The notes beneath the pieces were generated by a model. It did not search any database, was not told the origin of the DNA, and saw only the letters and a program-made list of their open reading frames with translations. A DNA stretch of 64,000 bases from Nitrospinaceae bacterium (GTDB lineage: Bacteria; Nitrospinota; Nitrospinia; Nitrospinales; Nitrospinaceae). Each line of letters starts with the position of its first letter. Within the stretch, counting starts at the first letter, position 1. A program made the position numbers and the translations under genes. Shown here in pieces: positions 52,121 through 62,096 of the stretch. The stretch covers positions 352,001 to 416,000 of the forward strand of contig OZ245011.1 in NCBI GenBank assembly GCA_965223665.1, written 5' to 3'.

Positions 52121-53074
52121 ATGGCCATCGATGATAAAGAATTAGATGAGATGATGCCGGCGACGGAGCTCAATTGGACCGAAGACGCCAAATCCAGAAT
52201 GCTAAATGTCCCTTTTTTCGTGCGGAAAAGTGTAGTACGGGGGATTGAACAATATGCGAAAGACAAAAGTATAGAATTAATCGATGATGAAGTGGTTTCT
52301 CGAGCACGTCAAGAACGTGAAGGTGCTGCAATAGCTGAAAGAAAAGCCCAACAGTCTCAGCAACAAACGGAGGATGGGAAACCTGTTCGACGCCAATTCG
52401 TAAACTTCTCTTTCTTTAAATTGGATCCTGCATATCGGCGTTTGCCTCAAGAAGAAATTGATAAAGGAAAAAAAGAATTTATAGAAGTTTTAGAAGATTA
52501 TGACAATTCGGATGAAGTAATTGTTTTGACTTATACGATGGTTGGAATCCGGGCGGATGCTGAAATTATGCTATGGAGAATTTCCTACCGTTTGGAGGCT
52601 TTTCAAGAAATGACCACACGGTTATTACGAACCGGATTGGGAAAATATTTAAATCAAACCTATTCTTATTTTTCTCAAACTAAACGTTCCATGTATATGG
52701 ATATTTTTAATCCAGAGCATGAGGAAGATCGTACCCATATTATTCCGGGAAAGGCCAAATACCTATTTATCTATCCATTCACAAAAAAACGTGAGTGGTA
52801 TTTGCTGACCAAATTTACCAGACAGGGAATCATGGATGAGCATATTCATGTTGGTAATAAGTTTCCCTCTGTAAAATTAAATACCACCTATTCTTTTGGA
52901 ATAGATGATTATGAATTTGTCGTTGCATTTGAAACCGATTCACCGGATGACTTTTTAGATCTAGTCATGGAATTGCGTGAAACTGAGGGAAGCCGGTACA
53001 CCTTGGAAGATACTCCTATCTTTACATGTACGGCGCTATCAATTCATGATGCTGTAGATTCACTTGGGATATAA
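52121..53074 (+). CDS. Coproheme decarboxylase (ChdC/HemQ)-like, chlorite-dismutase-family protein with N-terminal PCP_red domain
   Basis: WTEDA..RM..VPFFVRK.V...IE.YA (PCP_red-like), then YPFTK.REWY, EHIHVG, TTYSFGIDD, E.SRYT..DTP. Confidence 0.8.
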   Translation: MAIDDKELDEMMPATELNWTEDAKSRMLNVPFFVRKSVVRGIEQYAKDKSIELIDDEVVSRARQEREGAAIAERKAQQSQQQTEDGKPVRRQFVNFSFFKLDPAYRRLPQEEIDKGKKEFIEVLEDYDNSDEVIVLTYTMVGIRADAEIMLWRISYRLEAFQEMTTRLLRTGLGKYLNQTYSYFSQTKRSMYMDIFNPEHEEDRTHIIPGKAKYLFIYPFTKKREWYLLTKFTRQGIMDEHIHVGNKFPSVKLNTTYSFGIDDYEFVVAFETDSPDDFLDLVMELRETEGSRYTLEDTPIFTCTALSIHDAVDSLGI

Positions 53075-53160
53075 ATATTTCCAGGAAAAGTCTTTAATGA
53101 ATAAAACTGGAATATAGCGTACACTCTCCCTTTTTATCTTAGTAGGATAAAAAGCTTTTA

Positions 53161-53195
53161 CCGGGCAACCCAGGAAAATTCCTTTGGCCGCCCGG
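53161..53195 (-). terminator. GC-rich 3' stem-loop between convergent genes
   Basis: Minus strand CCGGGCGGCC...AGGA-attt-TCCT...GGTTGCCCGG forms a 10-bp stem with two G-U pairs. Confidence 0.45.
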
Positions 53196-53215
53196 CATAA
53201 ACCTGGTAACAACTA

Positions 53216-55240
53216 TTACTTCACAGAAAACCCAACTGCTTTACCGTTATGATGGACAACCGCGCCATTGCTATTAACAATAGCCCGATCATAACCCCTT
53301 AATGTAAGTGTATAGCCGCACTTATCCATTTTTGAAGTGTCTAACTGCCAAACCCCGTTTCCATCCCCATTATCCGACAGGGAACCGTAGCTTCTGCATT
53401 GAGGCGAAGCTTTTGTTCCATTGGTATGAGTACTAGGTTGAAGATCTAAATGCCATTTCCAAAAATGTTTATCGACTGCCCTAAGATGTCCTTGAATTGT
53501 GTCTCCTTGGTCATAGCTATGACAATCTCCTCCGTCAATAACAATATCCAAAGTAGAACTAAAGTCGATGGATGTATTGGCCGTAGGACTTGCCAAATAA
53601 TTCGTATTATCCAAAACAATTGTCACTATATCTGAGTATTTAATATTGATTGGATTCAACCCTGGATAATCTTGAGTGTAAGCAACACGAAGATCATAGG
53701 GACCTTCCAAACTGCCTGTACTCCAACTTGCTAAAAAGGCACTTTCTTCAAGAATAGGGGGAGAAGCCGTGGGGTCTTCTTGGTAGGGAAACCAACCATC
53801 GGGCCTATTTTCAGTTTTTACCTCGACAGGATGAAGCGGATCGAAAGGGTTGGGGTGTGCTAAACGATAAGTAATTTTATTGGTAACTGGAAGCCAATTA
53901 TTGGCACCGTGAGGTGAATATTGTACTTGATAATAAACACTTCCAGGAACACCGGTATTATAGATCCTACCTTTTACCGAAACGTGCCCACCAAAGGGTC
54001 TGTCTTTAGCAGGCTGACTGCAATTGGCTGGGTTAAGTATTCCCATTGAAGGATTAGCCAGAAAGGTTGAAGAATCTATATTCTCGATCGGAACATTGCC
54101 TACATAATATAGTAAATCTATCAATCCAGTGCCACGTTGTTTAATGTGTCGCAAACGAACCAGACGATCCAAACGGTTTCCCCATGTGTTTAGTTGATCA
54201 GGGTCTGTTGTAGAGGGAGGCACTGCCCATGATAATACAGCACGTATTCGAATGATATTTGGGTCATCACAACCTTTAAGTTTATCGGTTAGATTTATCG
54301 GTAAAAACACACTATAAAATAATCCATTATTTGGGATATTATTTATGTCGTGTACATCGACTGAGGCCGTACCCAAGTATTTATCATAAACACCGTTGTT
54401 ATTACAATCGGCCCAAAATGCGACATATTCTTTGCTTCCGCTTTGACACAAGCTTCCACTATAACCGGAGGATTTTTTTAAATGGATTACGGCTCCTAAG
54501 GTATCAGTTGCCGTATTCAAACCTACACAAACAATTTCTTCAAAACTTACATTAGCTTTATCTTCAGAAATAGCTTTAATTATTTTATTGAAATCAATAT
54601 TTAGTTCCTTCAATTTTGTGAAATCCGGTTGAAGGGAAGCTTGTGCAAATGATTGATTTTTGAGAAACATTGGACCAACCGCATCGTAGATAATTCGATG
54701 GTCAGGAACCTTTGCTTTTCTATATTTTTCCACCAATTTGCTATAGGGGACTGGATTAGGTTTTTTGAGTTTAAGGTTGGCATCAAAGTCAATGGATTCC
54801 AAAATTTCCGGGTTGGGAAATTTAATGAATTCATTCTGAATAAGACAATTGAAACTAAACTTTGGACGGATTTGAATATCTGCGTCTACGTGATTTCCAA
54901 ATGGAGGCATATAATTGGGATCTAAAGGTGGAATTTGGTTCCAAGCTAAAATAGCTCGAACTTTGGGTAATACACTGGTGTTACAGCATTTTTGATAATC
55001 ACTGTCCTGCAAAGGAAGAGTGACCATAGCTTCCAATTGTGATAATTGAGGATTAAAACCAACGCAATGAAGTTCCTCCCAATGTGTAGTACCAATAAAA
55101 GGAAAAAATTTTTCAAATTGATCTGAAAAAATAGTTTCTGCTGCAAATAAATTTGCAAGAATAGTTTTTCGGGTTTCCTCCAATTGCCTAATTCGGTTTG
55201 GATTAATTTTTACAAGTTTTCCTGTTTTTACTTCAATCAT
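53216..55240 (-). CDS. Hypothetical beta-rich protein with an internal domain duplication
   Basis: Two EE..CVG.N...RA.L.W..PP..P....GN..D repeats and a C-terminal Ig-like region. GGGAG RBS. Confidence 0.7.
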   Translation of the reverse strand: MIEVKTGKLVKINPNRIRQLEETRKTILANLFAAETIFSDQFEKFFPFIGTTHWEELHCVGFNPQLSQLEAMVTLPLQDSDYQKCCNTSVLPKVRAILAWNQIPPLDPNYMPPFGNHVDADIQIRPKFSFNCLIQNEFIKFPNPEILESIDFDANLKLKKPNPVPYSKLVEKYRKAKVPDHRIIYDAVGPMFLKNQSFAQASLQPDFTKLKELNIDFNKIIKAISEDKANVSFEEIVCVGLNTATDTLGAVIHLKKSSGYSGSLCQSGSKEYVAFWADCNNNGVYDKYLGTASVDVHDINNIPNNGLFYSVFLPINLTDKLKGCDDPNIIRIRAVLSWAVPPSTTDPDQLNTWGNRLDRLVRLRHIKQRGTGLIDLLYYVGNVPIENIDSSTFLANPSMGILNPANCSQPAKDRPFGGHVSVKGRIYNTGVPGSVYYQVQYSPHGANNWLPVTNKITYRLAHPNPFDPLHPVEVKTENRPDGWFPYQEDPTASPPILEESAFLASWSTGSLEGPYDLRVAYTQDYPGLNPINIKYSDIVTIVLDNTNYLASPTANTSIDFSSTLDIVIDGGDCHSYDQGDTIQGHLRAVDKHFWKWHLDLQPSTHTNGTKASPQCRSYGSLSDNGDGNGVWQLDTSKMDKCGYTLTLRGYDRAIVNSNGAVVHHNGKAVGFSVK

Positions 55241-55578
55241 CTCGATTCTCCCTAAAGTTTTGTTAGTAATTTATTATAGGGATCATCTAATAAATATAGG
55301 TTTGCCAATATCGTTGAATAAATGAAAAATATGTCGTGCGGGTCGAAATTCCCCTGTCGTAATTAAAACTACAGAAAAATGAGAGAAGGGTGGAGTAATT
55401 TAATCTGTTGGCTAGGAATTATATTTTAAATAAATTATAGGATATTTATTTAATTCCTATCATTTTATATAGGAGTGATTTCATGTGAAAATATCTAAAA
55501 GTAATGTTGCCTGATTTATATGAGAGATAAGATTTAGAAAGAGACTAAAACCTAAACGGGAAATTCAAATTAACTAGG

Positions 55579-56271
55579 TTAGGAGAGTAAGTATCCATTT
55601 TCCCAAAGCCCTCCATAAACTTGACCACTAGCTAAAATGTGTACGCCTTCTCCATGGGGTAGGTCGTCTTTAAAATACCCCATGAATCGATCTCCATTGG
55701 CATAAATATAAGTTCCTTTCCCATGCATCCTATCTTGTTGGAAACCACCTGAGTAGGAATCTCCGTTTGCATATATCATCTTTCCCTGGCCATCGGGTTT
55801 GTTATATTTGAATTGCCCAGTGTAGCGGTCTCCGTTGTTAAAGGTGTAAATACCCATCCCATGCATCATATTGTTTGACATCTGTCCTTCATATCGGTCT
55901 CCATTTTTCCAAACCCTTGTATAGAACCCAGGGGCCTCTTCAGATTCAAAATGAGAGTTGGGAGAAGATTCAGGGTCGCTTTTTGGGGATTGAGTTGAAT
56001 CATCTTCTGTTTGAAATTGAGAGTGCCTAAATTTGGGATTGGATTGGTCATCTGCATAACGAATGTTATTTTGATTATCCAGGACCGATTCTATTCGTTT
56101 ATAAGCATCAAGAATTTTTTGAAATTTTTTATGGGCTCTTTTCTGTAAATCTGTGTCCTCAGAGGGAAAACGGTCAGGATGCCAACGTTTTACTTGTTCC
56201 TTGAAAGCTCGTTTGACATCCTTCCAAGTGGCGTTTGGTTGAACGCCTAAAATTTCGTAATCATTGAGCAT
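55579..56271 (-). CDS. J-domain (DnaJ) protein with MORN repeats
   Basis: YEILGV, WHPDRF, then 4-5 G..Y.G.......HG.G.Y..A/N repeats. Confidence 0.85.
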   Translation of the reverse strand: MLNDYEILGVQPNATWKDVKRAFKEQVKRWHPDRFPSEDTDLQKRAHKKFQKILDAYKRIESVLDNQNNIRYADDQSNPKFRHSQFQTEDDSTQSPKSDPESSPNSHFESEEAPGFYTRVWKNGDRYEGQMSNNMMHGMGIYTFNNGDRYTGQFKYNKPDGQGKMIYANGDSYSGGFQQDRMHGKGTYIYANGDRFMGYFKDDLPHGEGVHILASGQVYGGLWENGYLLS

Positions 56272-56332
56272 TAAACACCTAAAGAAGAAAATAGATTCTA
56301 GGCATTATATAGGACTCTATTAAAAATAAAAA

Positions 56333-57253
56333 TTAGAATTGGGGTTCAGCTTCCGGAACTAATGGAGTTTCAGGAGCCTCAATCTTTTCTAAAGGCTTTA
56401 GAGGCTTTACAGGTCTATTCATAAAGTGACAAAGTAGTTGATTAATCTGTTCACGCAATTCTTTTCGATGAACCACTTGGTCTATGAGGCCATGTTCCAA
56501 AAGAAATTCCGCAGTTTGGAAACCTTCTGGAAGTTTTTGATTAATAGTTTGCTCAATAACTCTTGGGCCGGCGAACCCAATCAAAGCTCCTGGTTCTGCA
56601 ATAATCACATCTCCCAAAAAAGCAAAACTTGCAGAAACACCTCCCGTCGTCGGGTCACTTAGAATAGAAATATAAGGAAGTTTATGTTCGGCTAATTGCT
56701 TAAGAGCGGAGGAGGTTTTTGCCATTTGCATTAAAGAGAGAATGCCTTCCTGCATTCGCGCTCCTCCGGAACAACTTATAATAATTAGTGAATTTTTATT
56801 TTGAATGGCGCGTTCAATTGATCTGGTAATTTTCTCACCTACGACTGAGCCCATACTTCCACCTAGAAAGCCAAATTCAAAGGCGCAAACTTCCACTCGA
56901 TGTTCTCCAATCATACCTGTTCCACAAAGTATTGAGTCTGAACTTTTTCCCTGTTTGAGAGAGGATTTGATTCGGTCTTTATATTTTTTTTTGTCTTTGA
57001 ATTTCAGTGGATCCGTTGAAACCAAGTGATGATCATGCTCTACAAAAGAATCAGGGTTTGTGAGTGATTGAATTCTTTGCATTGCAGACATACGAAAATG
57101 ATAATCACATTTGGGGCAAATATGTGAATTCGCTTCCAAATCAATTTCGTATACTTGTTCTTTGCATTTTTTGCATTCCACCCAAGATTCGGTAGGCTTG
57201 GGAATTTTTTTAGTTAGTCCAGATTTAGTTTTAAATTTATCGATCCAAGACAT
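56333..57253 (-). CDS. accD: Acetyl-CoA carboxylase carboxyltransferase beta subunit
   Basis: CKKC/CPKC zinc finger, [31 protein letters not shown]. Confidence 0.96.
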   Translation of the reverse strand: MSWIDKFKTKSGLTKKIPKPTESWVECKKCKEQVYEIDLEANSHICPKCDYHFRMSAMQRIQSLTNPDSFVEHDHHLVSTDPLKFKDKKKYKDRIKSSLKQGKSSDSILCGTGMIGEHRVEVCAFEFGFLGGSMGSVVGEKITRSIERAIQNKNSLIIISCSGGARMQEGILSLMQMAKTSSALKQLAEHKLPYISILSDPTTGGVSASFAFLGDVIIAEPGALIGFAGPRVIEQTINQKLPEGFQTAEFLLEHGLIDQVVHRKELREQINQLLCHFMNRPVKPLKPLEKIEAPETPLVPEAEPQF

Positions 57254-57302
57254 AAGCAATAATTAGAAAAGATGAATGAGTGTTAGAGAGAAAAGATAAA
57301 AA

Positions 57303-58055
57303 TTAAGAGGTTTTTTTTATCTCCAAATTTTGTTTCCGCTTTGAAATAGAAGTAAGCATCATTAAAGGACCGGATAAAGTATAAATGAGGCTTACCGTAA
57401 ATAAGGCTATTCTAGGTATGGTTGCTATGGTGTAGAGGAATAATATTACAAACATAAAGCGCGTGAAAGTGACACGTTTTTTAATTTCAAACTTCTTAAA
57501 TGTTGGATAAGGAACATTGCTTACCATAAGAAAAGCTAAGAGATAAACAACAAACACCATAATCATGGGATTTAATCGCGTTGCAAATAAATCCTCGAAA
57601 GCAATCACAATACATGCAATTACTGCTGCGGCTGCAGGGATAGGTAAACCGGTAAAGCGATTGTTGCTTTCTTCAGGTTTCGTAATATTGAATCGTGCTA
57701 ATCTTAAAGCTCCACAAAGTAAAAATAGAAAAGCGGCCATCCAACCTAGGCGTCCAAATGGTTTTAATACCCAAGAGTAAGCTAAAAGGGCAGGGGCCAT
57801 TCCAAACGAAATTACATCTGCAAGGGAATCATATTGAACCCCAAATTCACTGGTTGTATTTGTTAGGCGTGCAACTCTTCCATCAAGTCCATCGAAAACA
57901 ATGGCCAGGATAAGGGCACAGGCAGCCATGTAATACTGTTCATTCATTACGGCAATTAAGGCATAAAAACCGCAGAAAACATTTCCTGTAGTGAAAAGGC
58001 TGGGAAGAATATAAATGCCTTTTTTAAACTTTATTCGATCTTTTTTGAATTTCAT
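57303..58055 (-). CDS. pssA: CDP-diacylglycerol--serine O-phosphatidyltransferase
   Basis: DGLDGRVAR...FG..YDSLAD..SFG, RLARFN. Confidence 0.93.
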   Translation of the reverse strand: MKFKKDRIKFKKGIYILPSLFTTGNVFCGFYALIAVMNEQYYMAACALILAIVFDGLDGRVARLTNTTSEFGVQYDSLADVISFGMAPALLAYSWVLKPFGRLGWMAAFLFLLCGALRLARFNITKPEESNNRFTGLPIPAAAAVIACIVIAFEDLFATRLNPMIMVFVVYLLAFLMVSNVPYPTFKKFEIKKRVTFTRFMFVILFLYTIATIPRIALFTVSLIYTLSGPLMMLTSISKRKQNLEIKKTS

Positions 58056-58714
58056 GCAGCCTCTGAGGTGCGGGAAGGACTCTCCTCTCCTAAAAATCCA
58101 ATTATGCTTGATCCTCCCTTAACATGATCGCCGATTGTCACTTTAATTTCAGCATTTTTCGGTAAAAAAATATCTGTGCGTGAACCAAATCGGATTAATC
58201 CGAATCGCTGGCCTAATTGATAATTATCACCTTCTTTAGCCCAACATACAATTCTTCGAGCTATTAACCCAGCAATTTGTTTGATCAAGACTTTATTTTT
58301 TCCTGTGTTGATTAATAAAGCATTTTGTTCGTTATCCAAGGAAGCTTTGTGGCTAGCAGCATTTAAAAACTTTCCTCGGTTGTATCTTACTGCTTCAATG
58401 GTCCCACCCACTGGAACTCTATTGACATGTACATTAAACACATTGAGGAAAATACTCACTCTTTGGAAGGATTCTCCTAAAAGTGGATCAGTGTCTTCAA
58501 CTATTTCAACAACTTTTCCATCAGCAGGTGAAACCACAACATTTTTCTGCTGGGGAATTTCTCTTTCAGGGTCCCTAAAAAAGTTTAACACAAAAATAAG
58601 TGCTAAAAAACAAAGGCCTGCCAACCAAAAAATAGATAGAAACCCAAATAATAGCGTTAACAACAGCAGCGGAATGATGAAGCGGTAACCATCTGAGGCG
58701 ATTGGAATTCTCAT
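58052..58714 (-). CDS. psd: Phosphatidylserine decarboxylase proenzyme
   Basis: FFRDPER, SPADG, NVHVNR, IRFGSR cleavage motif. Confidence 0.93.
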   Translation of the reverse strand: MRIPIASDGYRFIIPLLLLTLLFGFLSIFWLAGLCFLALIFVLNFFRDPEREIPQQKNVVVSPADGKVVEIVEDTDPLLGESFQRVSIFLNVFNVHVNRVPVGGTIEAVRYNRGKFLNAASHKASLDNEQNALLINTGKNKVLIKQIAGLIARRIVCWAKEGDNYQLGQRFGLIRFGSRTDIFLPKNAEIKVTIGDHVKGGSSIIGFLGEESPSRTSEAA

Positions 58715-58726
58715 AGTCGTCTCAGA

Positions 58727-59743
<1,017 letters not shown>

Positions 59744-59769
59744 CTATAAATAATTTGAGAGATTAAGAA

Positions 59770-60258
59770 TCAATTTAAAGATTTAATTCCGCGGCTGAGA
59801 GCAATTCGACCGGAACGAACGATTTCTTTTATTCCCAAAGGTTTTAATAGTTCCAGAAATCCTTTAATTTTTCCTTCGTCTCCGGTAATCTCAATCGTGT
59901 AGGTGGACGAACTAACATCGACGACTTTAGCTCTAAAAATTTCCACAATTCGAAGAATTTCTTCTCTCACTCGTGGTTCTGCATTCATTTTTACCAAAAT
60001 CATTTCGCGATCAATAAAGTTTTCTTCAGTAAGATCTACGACTTTAATTATGTCCACCAATTTGTTTAATTGTTTGGTAATTTGCTCAATGACTTTATTG
60101 TCACCTCGCGTGACAATAGTCATTCGGGAAATATTAGGGTCATTGGTCTCGGCCACGTTTAAACTTTCAATATTATACCCTCTACCGCTAAATAGGCCGG
60201 AAATTCTAGATAGGACACCAAATCGATTGGCCACCAAAACGGAAATCGTATGTTGCAT
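59770..60258 (-). CDS. ilvN: Acetolactate synthase small (regulatory) subunit
   Basis: GVLSRISGLFSGRGYNIESL, QLNKLVD, IFRAKVVDV. Confidence 0.96.
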   Translation of the reverse strand: MQHTISVLVANRFGVLSRISGLFSGRGYNIESLNVAETNDPNISRMTIVTRGDNKVIEQITKQLNKLVDIIKVVDLTEENFIDREMILVKMNAEPRVREEILRIVEIFRAKVVDVSSSTYTIEITGDEGKIKGFLELLKPLGIKEIVRSGRIALSRGIKSLN

Positions 60259-60393
60259 GGATTTTGAACCTAAAGGAAATGAAAAAGTTAAAAAGATTCG
60301 AAAATTGAAGAGGTTATACTAGCAAAAACAAGGCTTTTTTTCTATAGTTCTTGGGCATAGATTTCTTTAAAACCTGTATTTTTTAAAAAAACC

Positions 60394-61047
60394 TTGGACA
60401 ATTCCACTTTAATTAAAGTCATCAGGCAATTAGATAAAAATCTGCCCAAATGGAATAAACCCACCGCAGTAAAAATTGCCGAGTCGGGAAATCCATTTAA
60501 AATTTTATTGGTAAGTTTATTGAGTTCCCGAACCCGCGATGGGGTTACGGAAGAAGCACTCAGCCGGTTATGGAAATTTGCAAGTTCCCCCACAAAATTA
60601 CTTACGTTGAAAGTTGAAAAAATTGAAAAGCTTATTTTCCCGGTAGCGTTTTATAAGAATAAAGCTAAATGTTTGCAATCAGCTTGCCGGGATATTGTGG
60701 GAAAATTTGAAGGCAAAGTACCTGAGAATATCCAAGGATTACTATCATTAAAGGGAATTGGGAGAAAAACCGCCAATTTAATTTATACACTTGCGTTTAA
60801 TGGAGAAGGAATTTGTGTTGATACACACGTCCACCGGATTGTGAATCGATGGGGGTATGTCAAGACCTCTTCAGCAGAATTAACCGAGCAAGCTTTGCGG
60901 AAAAGATTGCCAAAAAAATATTGGAAAAAATTTAACGAATTATTGGTAACTTTTGGGCAAAATTGCTGCAAGCCTCTTTCCCCCATTTGCAGCGAATGTG
61001 CAGTTGCAAGGTTTTGCCCAAAAATCAGTGTAAAAAACCAACGATGA
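60394..61047 (+). CDS. nth: Endonuclease III
   Basis: HhH motif GIGRKTAN, VDTHVHR, [4Fe-4S] C.P..P.C..C.....C. Confidence 0.9.
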   Translation: MDNSTLIKVIRQLDKNLPKWNKPTAVKIAESGNPFKILLVSLLSSRTRDGVTEEALSRLWKFASSPTKLLTLKVEKIEKLIFPVAFYKNKAKCLQSACRDIVGKFEGKVPENIQGLLSLKGIGRKTANLIYTLAFNGEGICVDTHVHRIVNRWGYVKTSSAELTEQALRKRLPKKYWKKFNELLVTFGQNCCKPLSPICSECAVARFCPKISVKNQR

Positions 61048-61078
61048 AAATTTGATTATAAAATCAATTTAATAATTT

Positions 61079-61804
61079 CTAGTCTAAATTACCTATAATT
61101 TTCTTTTGAATTTCAATCAATTCCTGTATTCCCTTGTTGGCTAAGGTCAACATTGCTTCCATCTCCTTTTTTCCAAAAGGGTCTCTTTCTGCAGTACCTT
61201 GAATCTCAACAAATTTGCCTTTCCCGGTTTTGACAATATTCATGTCAACTTCTGCGATAGAATCCTCGCTATAATCCAGATCTAGAATCTTATTTCCTTC
61301 AAATATTCCTACACTGGTAGCCGCCACAAAATCTTTTACCGGAATTGATTCAATTTTCTGATTTTTCTTTAATGATTTTAATGCTAGACAAAGGGCTACA
61401 AAAGCACCTGTGATGGATGCCGTTCTAGTTCCGCCATCTGCTTGAATTACATCGCAGTCAATCCATATGGTTCTTTCTCCAAGTTTTTCCATATCGATTA
61501 CACTTCTAAGAGACCGTCCAATAAGTCTTTGGATTTCTTGAGTACGGCCAGAAACTTTTCCTCTGGATGATTCTCTTGGGGTTCGGGAATGTGTTGCTCT
61601 TGGAAGCATTGAATATTCTGCGGTGACCCAACCGTGATTAGAGTCTCTTAAAAAAGGCGGAACCTTTTCATCAACGCTTGCATTGCAGATCACTTTAGTA
61701 TTTCCTACTTCAATTAATACGGAACCTTCTGCATGCTTGATGAAATTCTTCTTAATGGAAACTGGTCTCAGTTGTTGAGGGGAGCGTCCGTCATTTCTGA
61801 TCAT
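61079..61804 (-). CDS. rph: Ribonuclease PH
   Basis: [41 protein letters not shown]. Likely start is MIRNDGR at 61804. Confidence 0.96.
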   Translation of the reverse strand: MIRNDGRSPQQLRPVSIKKNFIKHAEGSVLIEVGNTKVICNASVDEKVPPFLRDSNHGWVTAEYSMLPRATHSRTPRESSRGKVSGRTQEIQRLIGRSLRSVIDMEKLGERTIWIDCDVIQADGGTRTASITGAFVALCLALKSLKKNQKIESIPVKDFVAATSVGIFEGNKILDLDYSEDSIAEVDMNIVKTGKGKFVEIQGTAERDPFGKKEMEAMLTLANKGIQELIEIQKKIIGNLD

Positions 61805-62096
61805 TATGACCTCTGTCTTTGAATTAGAGATGATAGGGGTATCCTTTAAGGAAATCGAAAATTTGAAGGGCATAAAATATCAGGATTTGTATATATTATC
61901 AATCAATTCCCATGTTGATTCTTTGTGTTATTTGTAAATAATTTTGGAAAATAAGGCTCAATCAAGAAATAAATTGGGAAATGGATGGTTAAATGCAGAA
62001 AGGACTTGATATTTAGTTATATAATTGATTATAAAAGGGAAACCCGTTACTCTGAATTTAGGTTCCAATATTAATTATATGGAGATAAATTAGCGC

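Noticed and set aside
52121-53074. Functional chlorite dismutase
   Set aside because: The distal catalytic Arg position appears to be Leu (VKLNTTYS); the motifs fit ChdC/HemQ better.
55241-55578. c-di-GMP riboswitch or ncRNA in the long AT-rich spacer (GGCAAACC on the minus strand)
   Set aside because: The rest of the GEMM consensus and its stems are absent; only AT-rich inverted repeats are seen.
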